Assembly: GCA_963703345.1 (NCBI GenBank)
Contig: OY969814.1
Location: 160,001 to 224,000 of the forward strand
DNA from: an uncultured Chloroflexia bacterium
GTDB lineage: Bacteria; Chloroflexota; Dehalococcoidia; DSTF01; JALHUB01
DNA: 64,000 bases
Direction: 5' to 3'
Of this stretch, positions 1 to 9,488 are shown piece by piece. The translations under genes and the position numbers were made by a program. Each line of letters begins with the position of its first letter. Position 1 is the first letter of the stretch. The notes beneath the pieces were generated by a model, which made no database searches, was not told the origin of the DNA, and was given only the letters and a program-made list of their open reading frames with translations.

Positions 1-338
1 CCGGCCATGTCATCGTGAATGAGTGGATGGAGACGACTGTGCCGGGTTTGTTCGCGGCCGGGGACGTGCGCAGCCGTGCGGCGCGTCAGATCGTCAGTTC
101 CGCCGGCGACGGCGCAACCGCAGCGATCCGGGCGGACCGGTACATCGACGAGAGGTTCGGCGCCTGGACGCCGCCTCTCTAGCCGCCAGTCTCTTCCGGC
201 CGAACATGGCGTCGCGCAGCAGTTAACTTGACGGGAACAAGTATCGCGATCTAGTATTCTTCGTCCCCGCCGGAACCCCGCTGTCCGGAAGCTTCAGATG
301 CCCGCAAGTCGCTGCGGACCAGCGCATAAGAGGTTGTC

Positions 339-1535
339 ATGAGGCGGCTGGCAATCGCGGTGGTAGGGCTTGCCCTGGTGGCGAGCTTGGTGACAGGCGT
401 CGGTCGGCCACGCCTCGATGGGACTGCCGCCGAGCCGGCGCAAGCTCAGGGCGGCATCACGGCGGAGAGCCTGGGCGCTCGAATCGCCCAGATTGAAGGC
501 GCCAGGCATGCGCTCGGCACCGAGGCCGAGAGAACGAAGCTGGGCGAGGTCGCCGAATACGTCCAGTCCCAGATGGGCGCTCTTGGTCTCAGCGTCCAGG
601 AAGACTCCGTCACCTATTCCGGTCAGACGTTTCCGAACATCATTGGCACTCTCCCAGGCACGGCGTGCCCGGACGCATCAATCATAGTCGGCGCCCACTA
701 TGACGCCGGCGAAGGCGCGACCGGAGCGGATGACAACGCCAGCGGCGTGGCCGCGGTGCTCGAAATAGCACGCCTTCTCAGTGCCCGGTCGTTCCAGCCG
801 TCCATACAGTTCGTCGGCTTCTCCTTCGAAGAGGACGGGCTCATAGGGAGTAAGCAGATGGCGACCCATGCCGGGACCACACACACGAGAATAGCCGGTG
901 TTCTTGTGTTGGACATGATCGCGTACACGTGCGACGAGCCGGGATGCCAGACCTATCCGCCCGGTTCTTCCGGCCCGAGTGTCGGCGACTTCGTCTCGGT
1001 CACCGGCAATACTGCCTCGGCGCCGCTCCTACAAACCTTCACAACGGCGTCAGCTTCGGCCGTGCCTGCCCTCCCTGTATCGCCGCTGGAGGTGCCGGCA
1101 AACGGCGATCACGATACCAGAGGAAGCGACCATTCTCCCTTCTGGGACTGGGGATACGAGGCCCTCGCAATCGACGACACCGCGAACTTCCGCAATCCGA
1201 ACTACCATACTCCCTCAGATACGTTGAGCACCCTTGATCTGAACTTTGCGGCTGACGTGGCCAACGCGACCCTCGCGGCCGTTGTCGCTGCCGCCACAGC
1301 CGATCGCGATAGTGACGGCCGCGTCGACGCCTGCGGTGCGCCGAACGGACCGGTTGGCGGCGTCGCAGAGCTGCCAGCCCTTGCCGGACCTTCGGCGCAG
1401 GAAGCTGACGGACCGTCAGCAATGTCCCGCTGGTCGTCCGGCAAGGCTACTGCCGTGGCCGGCGGACTTGCTATAGCCAGCGCCCTGTTGCTGGCAGCGG
1501 GCGCCTGGTACGCTGCGAGGCGCTCGCTCCGCTAG
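339..1535 (+). CDS. Secreted M28-family Zn aminopeptidase with C-terminal membrane anchor
   Basis: Signal peptide; motifs IVGAHYD, GADDNASG, FSFEEDGLIGS, LDMIAY, SDHSPF, YHTPSD; C-terminal PVGGVAELP, TM helix and WYAARR. Confidence 0.9.
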   Translation: MRRLAIAVVGLALVASLVTGVGRPRLDGTAAEPAQAQGGITAESLGARIAQIEGARHALGTEAERTKLGEVAEYVQSQMGALGLSVQEDSVTYSGQTFPNIIGTLPGTACPDASIIVGAHYDAGEGATGADDNASGVAAVLEIARLLSARSFQPSIQFVGFSFEEDGLIGSKQMATHAGTTHTRIAGVLVLDMIAYTCDEPGCQTYPPGSSGPSVGDFVSVTGNTASAPLLQTFTTASASAVPALPVSPLEVPANGDHDTRGSDHSPFWDWGYEALAIDDTANFRNPNYHTPSDTLSTLDLNFAADVANATLAAVVAAATADRDSDGRVDACGAPNGPVGGVAELPALAGPSAQEADGPSAMSRWSSGKATAVAGGLAIASALLLAAGAWYAARRSLR

Positions 1536-1653
1536 CGACCGCATTCGCAGACGCAGGTTGTCCCCGCGGCCAGCCCGGCGAAGGCCCCTGACAGATCCTC
1601 CGCCATCACGTACGTACCACGGCGTTGCCACCCGCTGGCTGCTCGCGTGCTCT

Positions 1654-1683
1654 TTGACGCGGCACGAGTGCGCCGCCTATACT
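1654..1683 (+). promoter_or_regulatory. Sigma70-type promoter of selC
   Basis: TTGACG-N18-TATACT, 28 nt upstream of the tRNA. Confidence 0.55.
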
Positions 1684-1711
1684 TGAGCCGGGCCCCCGGC
1701 TTGTGCCCTGC

Positions 1712-1809
1712 GGGAGTGGATGGGTCCCGGTGGGTCTCGCGGTCTTCAAAATCGTTGCGGGGCGGCCTGCGCCGTCCCGGGTGGGTTCGACTCCCACCCA
1801 CTCCCGCCA
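1712..1809 (+). tRNA. selC: tRNA-Sec (anticodon UCA)
   Basis: 8-bp acceptor stem GGGAGTGG/CCACTCCC, G discriminator and CCA; 6-bp D stem; anticodon loop CTTCAAA (TCA 1746-1748); long variable arm; T arm GTGGG-TTCGACT-CCCAC. Confidence 0.96.
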
Positions 1810-1810
1810 G
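1744..1810 (+). repeat. attL: 67-bp direct repeat (3' part of selC)
   Basis: Identical to 22284-22350; begins exactly at the 7-nt anticodon loop. Confidence 0.95.
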
Positions 1811-2014
1811 ATTCCAGCTAGAACCTAACAGTAACGTTTTGTTGAAGACTTCTCTGCCTCTCGCCCATCATCGCGACTATTTCTAGGTTCGTTGCGATGG
1901 AGCTCGCATCATTCAGATGAATCCAGTCTTCATCCCCCCTCTCCAAGAAAATCGAATCTGAGGACTGGTAATTCACAGGTTTCTCAACGTTCTTTTATTG
2001 CTGAGAGACATTAC

Positions 2015-2030
2015 CAATTGGTCACAAAGT
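2015..2030 (+). repeat. 16-bp direct repeat CAATTGGTCACAAAGT (putative integrase arm site), copy 1
   Basis: Exact copy at 22144-22159; followed by a second GGTCACA at 2031-2037. Confidence 0.6.
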
Positions 2031-2135
2031 GGTCACAGGAAATCTTTCACAAATAGTCCGTTTACCAACGCTCGACGAATGAAAGCGACGGTCCGTCGCG
2101 TGGAGAATATGTGCAGCAAGTTGCCGTGGATTGGG

Positions 2136-2720
2136 TTAGTCACGAAGAGGCGTGAGACGCGCTCCGCGATTCTCGACCAGGTCCACCATCGCCCTTTCCA
2201 GCGGCACGTCGAGCGCGACGGCCACCGTGCTCGTGTAGCGCATAAGCGCTACTGAGGCTACGATCTCGACGATCTCCGCGTCAGTCCATCCCGCTGCTCG
2301 GAGCTCGTCGACCATCTCGTCGGTGACCGCTGCCGGCCGCCGCCCGACGACGCGCGCGAAGTTCACCGCGGCATTCTCTTTGTCCGTGAGCCGCGGCGAA
2401 GGTTTGCCGTCGATCACCTCCACGCACTCCTCCGTGCTCCAGTGCTTGCTGCGCAGGGCCATCATGTGAGCCGCCGTGCAGTACTGACACTCGACCTCGC
2501 AGGCGGTGACGGCGAAGAATACGCGCTTCAGTTCTTCGCGAATGTTGCCCTCTTCGACGGTGGCCTGGCTCAGGGTCCAGAGAGCACCGGTGGTCTCGGG
2601 GAGATAGCCCAGCCCCTTCTGAAGAGCGGGGACCATCCGATAGTAACTCTTCACTCTTTCGAACATTTCCTTGGTCTTGCCTGTCGCCGTATCTGGGTCC
2701 AACAATGCTACGCGAGCCAT
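2136..2720 (-). CDS. AhpD/carboxymuconolactone decarboxylase family (peroxidase-related)
   Basis: CQYCTAAH motif; LRAAGWTDAEIVEIV; SD AGGAGG. Confidence 0.85.
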   Translation of the reverse strand: MARVALLDPDTATGKTKEMFERVKSYYRMVPALQKGLGYLPETTGALWTLSQATVEEGNIREELKRVFFAVTACEVECQYCTAAHMMALRSKHWSTEECVEVIDGKPSPRLTDKENAAVNFARVVGRRPAAVTDEMVDELRAAGWTDAEIVEIVASVALMRYTSTVAVALDVPLERAMVDLVENRGARLTPLRD

Positions 2721-2842
2721 CGGTGCCTCCTGCTATTGGACTGAGATTCCTGCCGTCCGAGCCCCTCGACGGGCGATCTTGCTTTGCTGCCTATTCTACT
2801 CGTAAGCCATCGTATAGGCTCACCCGGTCGCCGTCACATGCC

Positions 2843-2955
2843 CGTCACGGTCCCCGGTACCGCCAGGAAGGCCACGCAGATGAGCGAAGTCGCCGCCGCC
2901 TCACGCATCGAAGCGCCGAAAGGCAGCACGAAGGCGAGAACGAGCAGGAAGCCGC
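2843..2955 (-). pseudogene. Fragment of a second tauE/safE copy
   Basis: Diverged copy of 3866-3978 (FGASMREAAATSLICVAFLAVPGT segment). Confidence 0.75.
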
Positions 2956-3042
2956 GCCTGCAGACGATGGCGATGTCAACCTGGGCTGTGGTAGCGTTTA
3001 CGGGGACAGGTCAGGAGCGTTGAGGTAGCTAGGAGATTCTCG

Positions 3043-3609
3043 ATGAACGGCGCCGCTTTCGACGCGATCAACGATCTGGCCGGCCATGGCGTTATTGCGG
3101 ACGACTTGGCGAAATGGGCGGCACAATACCTGCTGTACGCTATCGTCTTCGTCGTGGCCTGCATGTGGTTCGTCGGTCGCAGCGCGGCGGAACGCGGTGT
3201 GAATCGCAGGCTGGTTCTGGAGGGTGCCCTCTCGGCTCTAGTCGGCCTCGCAGCCGTCGCCCTCATCCAGCACTTCTATCACCATCCACGCCCCTTCGTG
3301 GAGAGAAACGATGTATACCTCCTTGTCCCACATGGTGCTGACCCGTCCTTTCCGTCGGAGCATGTGATCGTTGCGGCCGCTCTGGCTGGAAGCTTCATCT
3401 GGAATCGACGCTGGCTGGGCGGTCTGCTTATGCTCGCCGCGGGCGCTCTCGGCTTCGCAAGAGTGCTGGCAGGAATCCACTATCCCGCGGACATAATAGC
3501 CGCTCTTGCGCTCGGTGTAATCATTAGTTGGGTGGTCGTCCAAATGGGTGCTCCTTTGGATCGGGCGCAGCGTTGGGCGACGAGCTTCATGCCTCCACCT
3601 CTGCGATGA
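3043..3609 (+). CDS. PAP2-family undecaprenyl-diphosphatase (BcrC-like)
   Basis: HPRPF, PSFPSEH, ARVLAGIHYPAD motifs; hydrophobic. Confidence 0.88.
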   Translation: MNGAAFDAINDLAGHGVIADDLAKWAAQYLLYAIVFVVACMWFVGRSAAERGVNRRLVLEGALSALVGLAAVALIQHFYHHPRPFVERNDVYLLVPHGADPSFPSEHVIVAAALAGSFIWNRRWLGGLLMLAAGALGFARVLAGIHYPADIIAALALGVIISWVVVQMGAPLDRAQRWATSFMPPPLR

Positions 3610-3676
3610 TCCTCGGACTGTGATCCCATTCAGGGGGGGACGGGGCAGTGGCGTGGACTCCCTTCCTGACCTGCTG

Positions 3677-4453
3677 TCATATGCTCTTGAGAATCTCCGT
3701 CACCAGGAAGTACGCCGCGAACAGGATGAGGAACGCGCCGAAGGGTCGCCTGAGGTGGATTTGCCGCTGCCAGATGGATAGCCGGGCGCCCAGAAACGTT
3801 CCCGGGATCACTCCAATCGCCAGGTAGAACGATAGCCACCAGTTGATGTGCCCCAACAGAGCGTGCGTCGCGGTCCCTGGTACCGCCAAGAAGGCCACGC
3901 AGATGAGCGACGTCGCCGCCGCCTCGCGCATCGAAGCGCCGAAAAACAGCACGAAGGCTGGAACGAGCAAGAAGCCGCCGCCGTTCGCAAGTAGTCCCGA
4001 CAGGAGGCCGACGACAACCGCCACCACCAGCAGGCCGGCGACGGGCGCGCTTCGCCATTGCGCTGACCTGCGCGCCGACTCCGCAGCAGTATACGGGTTC
4101 AGGCGCAGCATCTGGACGCCGACGCCCGCTACCGCTGCTGCTACCAGGATCATGAGCCAGTGGCCCGGTATCCAGCGCGTAAGCAGCGCGCCGACGACGA
4201 CGGCAGGAAGTCCGCCCGCTACCGACCAGATCACGGCCCGCCTGTTGACCAGACCTTCCCTGGAATAGGCGGCCAGTCCTGTCGCAGCCGTCGGGAAAGT
4301 GGCCGGCAGGGGCGACGCGAGCGCGATCAGGCTGGGCGTGTCCAGTACGACGCGCAAAAGGGGCGTGGCAATACTGCTCCCTCCAACGCCAAAGAGACCG
4401 GAAAGGATGCCTATCGCGAAGCCCAGCGCGACCGTGACAGCGTCATGTTGCAT
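3677..4453 (-). CDS. TauE/SafE sulfite exporter family membrane protein
   Basis: GILSGLFGVGG and repeated GLLSGLLANGGGFLLVP motifs; about 8 TM helices. Confidence 0.9.
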   Translation of the reverse strand: MQHDAVTVALGFAIGILSGLFGVGGSSIATPLLRVVLDTPSLIALASPLPATFPTAATGLAAYSREGLVNRRAVIWSVAGGLPAVVVGALLTRWIPGHWLMILVAAAVAGVGVQMLRLNPYTAAESARRSAQWRSAPVAGLLVVAVVVGLLSGLLANGGGFLLVPAFVLFFGASMREAAATSLICVAFLAVPGTATHALLGHINWWLSFYLAIGVIPGTFLGARLSIWQRQIHLRRPFGAFLILFAAYFLVTEILKSI

Positions 4454-4595
4454 CTGAAACGCGACCCTCCGATGTCGCGACCTATCTTGATTGCCTCAAT
4501 GCCCAAGTATAGGCGATTAGGCGCGCGAAGAGATTCCGCGACCAGCCGTCAGGCCGTAGACAAGGGCAGAGGCGAGGATCCTCCTCGCCTCTGCG

Positions 4596-4678
4596 TGTCG
4601 GTGGAAAGCGCGCGCGGACACGGCTCCGTGTTTACAGTGACCTTCCCTGTGTCGTCTCTAGAAGCAGACCCAAAATGA
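4596..4678 (+). pseudogene. C-terminal remnant of a sensor histidine kinase (HATPase_c end)
   Basis: Translates VSVESARGHGSVFTVTFPV, a G2-box and final strand, with no upstream kinase body. Confidence 0.55.
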
Positions 4679-4795
4679 TGGCGCTCTATGCGCTCCCTTT
4701 CCCCAGCATCAGCGTGCATGCGTCGCTGGCGCAGTCGAATCGCGTGGCTCCGGCCGTCGGGCTACCTCGTTGTGATGGACTGCGGGATGACGGCC

Positions 4796-5812
4796 CTACT
4801 CGTTTGACTCGCTAGGCTGCTCGAGCACGTACTTCGTGCCCACGCTGCCCTGGACAAACGCGTCAGGGAAGGCTGCAGCGATAGCATGAGTTGCCCGCCA
4901 CCCTGTGCAGTGGGTGGGGACTATGACCTCTGGCGCCAGCCCTGTGAGCGCCTCAACGGTTGGCCAGACGACCGCCTCTGGGGACGAGGTGGCGAGGTGG
5001 AATCCGCCGATGACTGCGTACACTCGCTCGACGCCTGTAAGCTTGCGGGCGTGAAGGACCGTGTTGATCACGCCAGCATGGCCGCAACCGGTTATCACCA
5101 CCAGCCCGCGGCCGTGCACGTTGGCGACCAGCGCCTGATCGTCGAGGATCAGCGGGTCGGGCACCCATTCCCCGTCGCGCAGGGCCTGATGGACGGGGAA
5201 GCCCTGCTCGAACGGGGTGGTCCGCTCGATCTGGCCGGTCACCAGCAGCGCGCCGTCGAAAAGCAGCGACGGCTCTCGCTGCTCTACCAGTTCGAAGCCC
5301 GCAGCGCGTACCTTTTCCCGGCTGGTGGCAGGCAGTTCGCGAGGCTCCCGTCCGAGCGGTGCAATGCGCCGCTTCAGCCAGCAATCGGGATGGACCAGGA
5401 GCGGCGGCAGGGGCGATAGCTCTCGCATTAGGCCGTTGAGACCGATGGCGTGATCGAAGTGGCCGTGGCTCAGAACGATCGCCTCGATCTCCTGCGGGTT
5501 GACCCCCAGCGCCCGGAGGTTGTGCACGACGCCATTCACCGTCGCACCCGTATCGAGCAGCAGCGAGCGTCGCTGCCCATCGACGAGCACGCTCACGAGA
5601 AATGACAGGCCGTGCTCCGCAGAGGGAGAATCCGCCGCATATCCCTCCTCAAGCAGCGGCGCTTCCAGCCGGGGAAGTGGTTGACCGTCGCGTCCGGCCG
5701 TCGCCATTCGCTTGGCGACAGCCGTGCTAGGGAGGAGAACATCCACCACGTTGTCGATGACAGTCAGGATTTCTACGCTGTCAACCTCTGGTAGCGGAAT
5801 CTGCTTGGCCAT
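4796..5812 (-). CDS. MBL-fold metallo-hydrolase (COG1237-type)
   Basis: AEHGLS, LLDTG, SHGHFDH, TGCGHAG, IGGFHL, PTHCTG; start at MAKQ after SD GGAGG. Confidence 0.9.
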   Translation of the reverse strand: MAKQIPLPEVDSVEILTVIDNVVDVLLPSTAVAKRMATAGRDGQPLPRLEAPLLEEGYAADSPSAEHGLSFLVSVLVDGQRRSLLLDTGATVNGVVHNLRALGVNPQEIEAIVLSHGHFDHAIGLNGLMRELSPLPPLLVHPDCWLKRRIAPLGREPRELPATSREKVRAAGFELVEQREPSLLFDGALLVTGQIERTTPFEQGFPVHQALRDGEWVPDPLILDDQALVANVHGRGLVVITGCGHAGVINTVLHARKLTGVERVYAVIGGFHLATSSPEAVVWPTVEALTGLAPEVIVPTHCTGWRATHAIAAAFPDAFVQGSVGTKYVLEQPSESNE

Positions 5813-6332
5813 CTGGCGAGACCTCCCCTTTGCTGACATCGTCATCTGACCTCCCTCGTGTCTCGAGGATGAGATTGACCGCCGAGGCGACGAGGACGGC
5901 CGTAATGATGAGCGCCGATATCGTGCACCACATGCACACCGACTCGATCCGGTAGAGCTCTACCCAGGCCAGATAGCCGGAGTAGGTGGTTCCAGCGAGC
6001 CCCATGCCGAACAAAGCCAAGGACGGCAGCTCCCCGAACCTGGACGAGAAGGAGAGCCCAGCGATGGCGGCAGCAAGTATCGCCAGGTAAAGGAGAGCGC
6101 CCCAAACGGCGACGGGAACGCCGAGCACAACCGAGTACTCGCTGGCCTGAACGGCGTCGCAGCCGTGCCCCAATTCGCAGAAAAGCGACTCGCCGCCAAT
6201 CCTTCCATATGCTAGATAGGACGAAACTGCCATGCCCCCGACGGCCAGCAGCGCGATCGCCGCGAGCAGGATTGGCCTCAGCAGATAGCGTGGTTCTGCT
6301 GCCCTGGCGGTCGGATCGGTTCCGTTCTTCAT
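5781..6332 (-). CDS. Vitamin K epoxide reductase (VKOR) family protein
   Basis: C-x5-C loop (CELGHGC), VQASEYS, GVPVA, CMWC active site; 4-5 TM helices. Confidence 0.9.
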   Translation of the reverse strand: MKNGTDPTARAAEPRYLLRPILLAAIALLAVGGMAVSSYLAYGRIGGESLFCELGHGCDAVQASEYSVVLGVPVAVWGALLYLAILAAAIAGLSFSSRFGELPSLALFGMGLAGTTYSGYLAWVELYRIESVCMWCTISALIITAVLVASAVNLILETRGRSDDDVSKGEVSPDGQADSATRG

Positions 6333-7050
6333 TCACCCCCCTTTGCTTTCCCAAGCGCCTCTTCTATGAGCGGTTGGAAGCGGTCGAAGGGAAGGTAGCC
6401 TGGCACCATCGTGCCATTGATCACGAGCGTGGGCGTTCCGTTGACCCCTAGGGCAATCGCCTCTTCCCGCTCGCGCGCTATCTCGTCATAGTGGCGGTGC
6501 GAATCGAGGCAAGTGGCGAACTCTTGTTGGTCGAGTCCCAATTCGGCGGCGAACTGCTTCAGTTTTTCCGGGCGGAAGGCACCTTCGTTCTCACCGTTCT
6601 GCTCCGCGTACAGCTTGTAGTGGTACTGCCAGTATCGCCCCTGGTCGTTTGCGCACTCCGCCGCCTCGGCCGCCAACGTAGACTCGTTCTGCTCTTTTGG
6701 CTGGTTGCCACCTATGACGGCGAAGTTATGGAACTCGATTTGCACCAATCCCTTGGCGACGTACTGATCCTCGACATCTTTCTCCGTCGTGTCCACAAAG
6801 CGCTTGCACCAGGGGCACTGGTAGCGGAGTCCGGTCCGCACTTGCGGCCATCGACCGGCACCTGCCCGCTGGCGCAGAGGTGATCTGACGCGGAGACCGG
6901 CGTCTCTCCACCAGCAATGAGGGGCCCACCCCCTCTGTCGTGGAAGAGCTCGCTGGCCAGTATCGCCACCGCCGCTGCCGCCACAGCCAGCGCGACGGTG
7001 TAGAGGAGAAGGCGTCTCCTGTCAGGTCGCTCTTTGATTCTCGTCTCCAC
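6329..7050 (-). pseudogene. DsbA/BdbD-like thioredoxin-fold protein, frameshifted
   Basis: TM anchor and GRKCGPDSA in one frame; YQCPWC...AAEAAECANDQGRYW...GVNGTPT in another; the usual PVTIVEFSD linker is missing at about 6822-6826. Confidence 0.75.
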
Positions 7051-7064
7051 CTCTCCCTCGGGCG

Positions 7065-7847
7065 CTATTCTTGGTGTCTCAGTCTAGTACACCGCGGCCT
7101 TCGCCGCAGGGTCTCGCGCGCGTCGATGGGCTTAACCTCCGGGCGCGTGGCTTCATACGCAGTATGCACATCGAGACCTGCGAAGCTCTCTCTTATGGCT
7201 ACGATCTCCTTCGCTGACAGGGGCGCCACGGCGCATGGCCGCAAGGGAGTGTTGATCTGCACCTCGTCGGGCGAGAGACCGGCAGCGAGCGCGGCCATCT
7301 CCTCGGCGACCCTCTTGTTCGCGGTGAGGAACATCATCTGCAGGGCCAGCCTTCCGCTCCACTGGGAGCGAAAGCGCCTGATACCATCGACTATCTCTTC
7401 CAGTGATAGATGAACTACCGGCCTGTTGATGAAACGGAAGAGCCTTTCGTCGGGTGCGTCCAGCTTGGCAACGACCACATCCGCCCTCGCGAGGTTCTCG
7501 CGAACGTCCTCTCTGGTCATGAGGGCAGAATTGGTGAGCACCGCCACCGGCAGGCCAAGCATGGCGCTGGCGAGTTCTATGGCCTCACCCAGGTTACTCG
7601 CGAGCGTGGGCTCGCCCGTACCGGAAAAGGTGACATAGTCGGCGGCCACCCCCTCCACTGTCGCCAGCTCACGGGCGAGGTCGTCAAGCTTTACGAACGC
7701 CGCCCGCTCCACCGTGGGGTTTGTGGTGGCGCCCAACTGACAGTAGACGCAGCCGAAGCAGCACGTCTTGCCCCGCCCGGGCAGCAGGTCGATGCCTAGC
7801 GACCTGCCGAGCCGCCAGGAGGGAACAGGCCCGTAGACTATGGACAT
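7065..7847 (-). CDS. Radical SAM protein (COG0731-like)
   Basis: YGPVPSWRLGRSLGID; CxxxCxxC (CCFGCVYC); FSGTGEPTL. Confidence 0.9.
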   Translation of the reverse strand: MSIVYGPVPSWRLGRSLGIDLLPGRGKTCCFGCVYCQLGATTNPTVERAAFVKLDDLARELATVEGVAADYVTFSGTGEPTLASNLGEAIELASAMLGLPVAVLTNSALMTREDVRENLARADVVVAKLDAPDERLFRFINRPVVHLSLEEIVDGIRRFRSQWSGRLALQMMFLTANKRVAEEMAALAAGLSPDEVQINTPLRPCAVAPLSAKEIVAIRESFAGLDVHTAYEATRPEVKPIDARETLRRRPRCTRLRHQE

Positions 7848-7937
7848 GCGTCAACCCCTACGCGTCATTTTGCCCTAGCCCCTCTTATCTGCTTCTCAGT
7901 CGGCATAGACAACTCCAGCCAAGGTCACTCGGGCTTT

Positions 7938-8336
7938 CTAGTGCAGGCGCTCGACCAGATTCGGCAGGTCTCCACCGGCGTGCCGCAGCGCGGCGTCCCT
8001 AGCATCCTCGACGTCGGTTATCACAACCTCGATGCCGAGCTGCTGGAGGCTTTCCCTCGCGCCCCAACCCATGCCACCGGCTATGAGCGCCTGACAGTCG
8101 CTGATGGCAGTCGCCATCTGTTCGTGCCGCGACTGGGCTCCGGCGCCGAAGCCATGCCTGCCCTGTGCGTCCAGTTCTTCGTGCGGCTCGCCCGCGAAGG
8201 CGCGGTGCCCGAGCTTGGGGCGTTTCTCCTCGGCCACGACCTGTCCGTCCTTAATTGTCAGCACAATGTACATTTCCGCACGCCCGAAGTGCTGGCTGAT
8301 GGTCACGCCATCGTCGGATATCACTGCGATCTTCAC
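7938..8336 (-). CDS. NifB/NifX-family (FeMo-cofactor-binding-like) protein
   Basis: MKIAV...ISQHFGRA; GGMGWGA. Confidence 0.88.
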   Translation of the reverse strand: MKIAVISDDGVTISQHFGRAEMYIVLTIKDGQVVAEEKRPKLGHRAFAGEPHEELDAQGRHGFGAGAQSRHEQMATAISDCQALIAGGMGWGARESLQQLGIEVVITDVEDARDAALRHAGGDLPNLVERLH

Positions 8337-8367
8337 TGCTCACTCCTCCAGCTTTCTATAGTCTCGT

Positions 8368-8607
8368 CTATTCCCGGTGGCACGACCCGCCGGTTGAGCA
8401 GGGCGGAGTCTCGCAGCGCTCCTCGCGCCCGCAGCAGGTCGTGCCCCCGGCGCGCGCCGTGTCGCTCACTACGTTGAAAGATGACAGAAGCTTCTCCATG
8501 TCTTCTGCACCGCAACTCGGACAGCGGGCTGATGCGGCGTCGGGTCTTTGGACGAACATCTCGTGAACTTCGCCGCACCTGCGGCAACGGTAGTCGTAGA
8601 TTGGCAT
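8368..8607 (-). CDS. FmdB-family zinc-ribbon protein
   Basis: MPIYDYRCRRCG...CPSCG; Cys-rich tail; SD GGAGG. Confidence 0.88.
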   Translation of the reverse strand: MPIYDYRCRRCGEVHEMFVQRPDAASARCPSCGAEDMEKLLSSFNVVSDTARAGGTTCCGREERCETPPCSTGGSCHRE

Positions 8608-8627
8608 CTTATCCTCCAAGCATGCAG

Positions 8628-9488
8628 TCAAGGCACCGAACAGGTCGCGATCGCCCCCCACAGCGTCTTGATCTCGCGAGAGGCAGCACCGTCGGACGTC
8701 TCCACGACGGGCCTTCCCTGAACAATCGCGCTATTGACGTCGGGGTCAAACGGTATTCTGCCAACGACCTCAACTCCGGCATCGCCGCAGTGGTCCTCTA
8801 TACGGCGAGTGTTCTCCTCGCTGAGGTCGCACTTGTTGATGCAGACGAGCGGGCCGACGCCGAAGTGGCGGCAGAGACCAAGCACCCGCTCAAGGTCGTG
8901 GATACCGCTGAGGCTGGGCTCGGTCACGATCAGGGCCATGCCGGCCCCCGATAGCGATGAGATGACGGGACAGCCGATGCCCGGCGGGCCGTCGCTCAGG
9001 ATGTAGCGCGCGCTCGTCTCCTGGGCCATCTCGCGCGCCCTTTTCCTGACCGCCATCACCAGCTTGCCGGAGTTCTCCTGGGCGGCCCGCAGGCGGGCGT
9101 GGACGAGCGGCCCGAATCTGGTCCGCGAGACGTACCATTGGCCCGCCAGCGTGTCCCGCATCGAAATGGCGTTGAGCGGGCAGACCTGGAGGCACAAGCC
9201 GCAACCTTCGCAGGCCAGGGGGTCGACGCGGAAGTCGTGTATCGCGTCGAAGCGACAGGCGTCAACACAGAGGCCGCACTCGTTGCATGCCTCTGAGTCG
9301 ATGTGGGCCACCTGCAGCCCGTAGAACTCGTGCGCCTCCTCGGCCTGCGGTGCAAGCAAGAGGTGGAGGTTGGGCGCGTCAACATCGCAGTCGCAGAGGA
9401 CGCTGTTCTCGGCGAGCGCAGCGAAGGAGGCGAGCACCGTTGTCTTGCCCGTGCCGCCCTTGCCGCTGAGCACCACTATCTCTTTCAA
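8628..9488 (-). CDS. MinD-like P-loop ATPase with inserted 4Fe-4S ferredoxin (COG1149)
   Basis: SGKGGTGKT; DCDVDAPN; two CxxCxxCxxxC motifs; DGPPGIGCP. Confidence 0.92.
   Translation of the reverse strand: MKEIVVLSGKGGTGKTTVLASFAALAENSVLCDCDVDAPNLHLLLAPQAEEAHEFYGLQVAHIDSEACNECGLCVDACRFDAIHDFRVDPLACEGCGLCLQVCPLNAISMRDTLAGQWYVSRTRFGPLVHARLRAAQENSGKLVMAVRKRAREMAQETSARYILSDGPPGIGCPVISSLSGAGMALIVTEPSLSGIHDLERVLGLCRHFGVGPLVCINKCDLSEENTRRIEDHCGDAGVEVVGRIPFDPDVNSAIVQGRPVVETSDGAASREIKTLWGAIATCSVP

Noticed and set aside
1-338. Short ORFs at the window start
   Set aside because: No motifs or SD support
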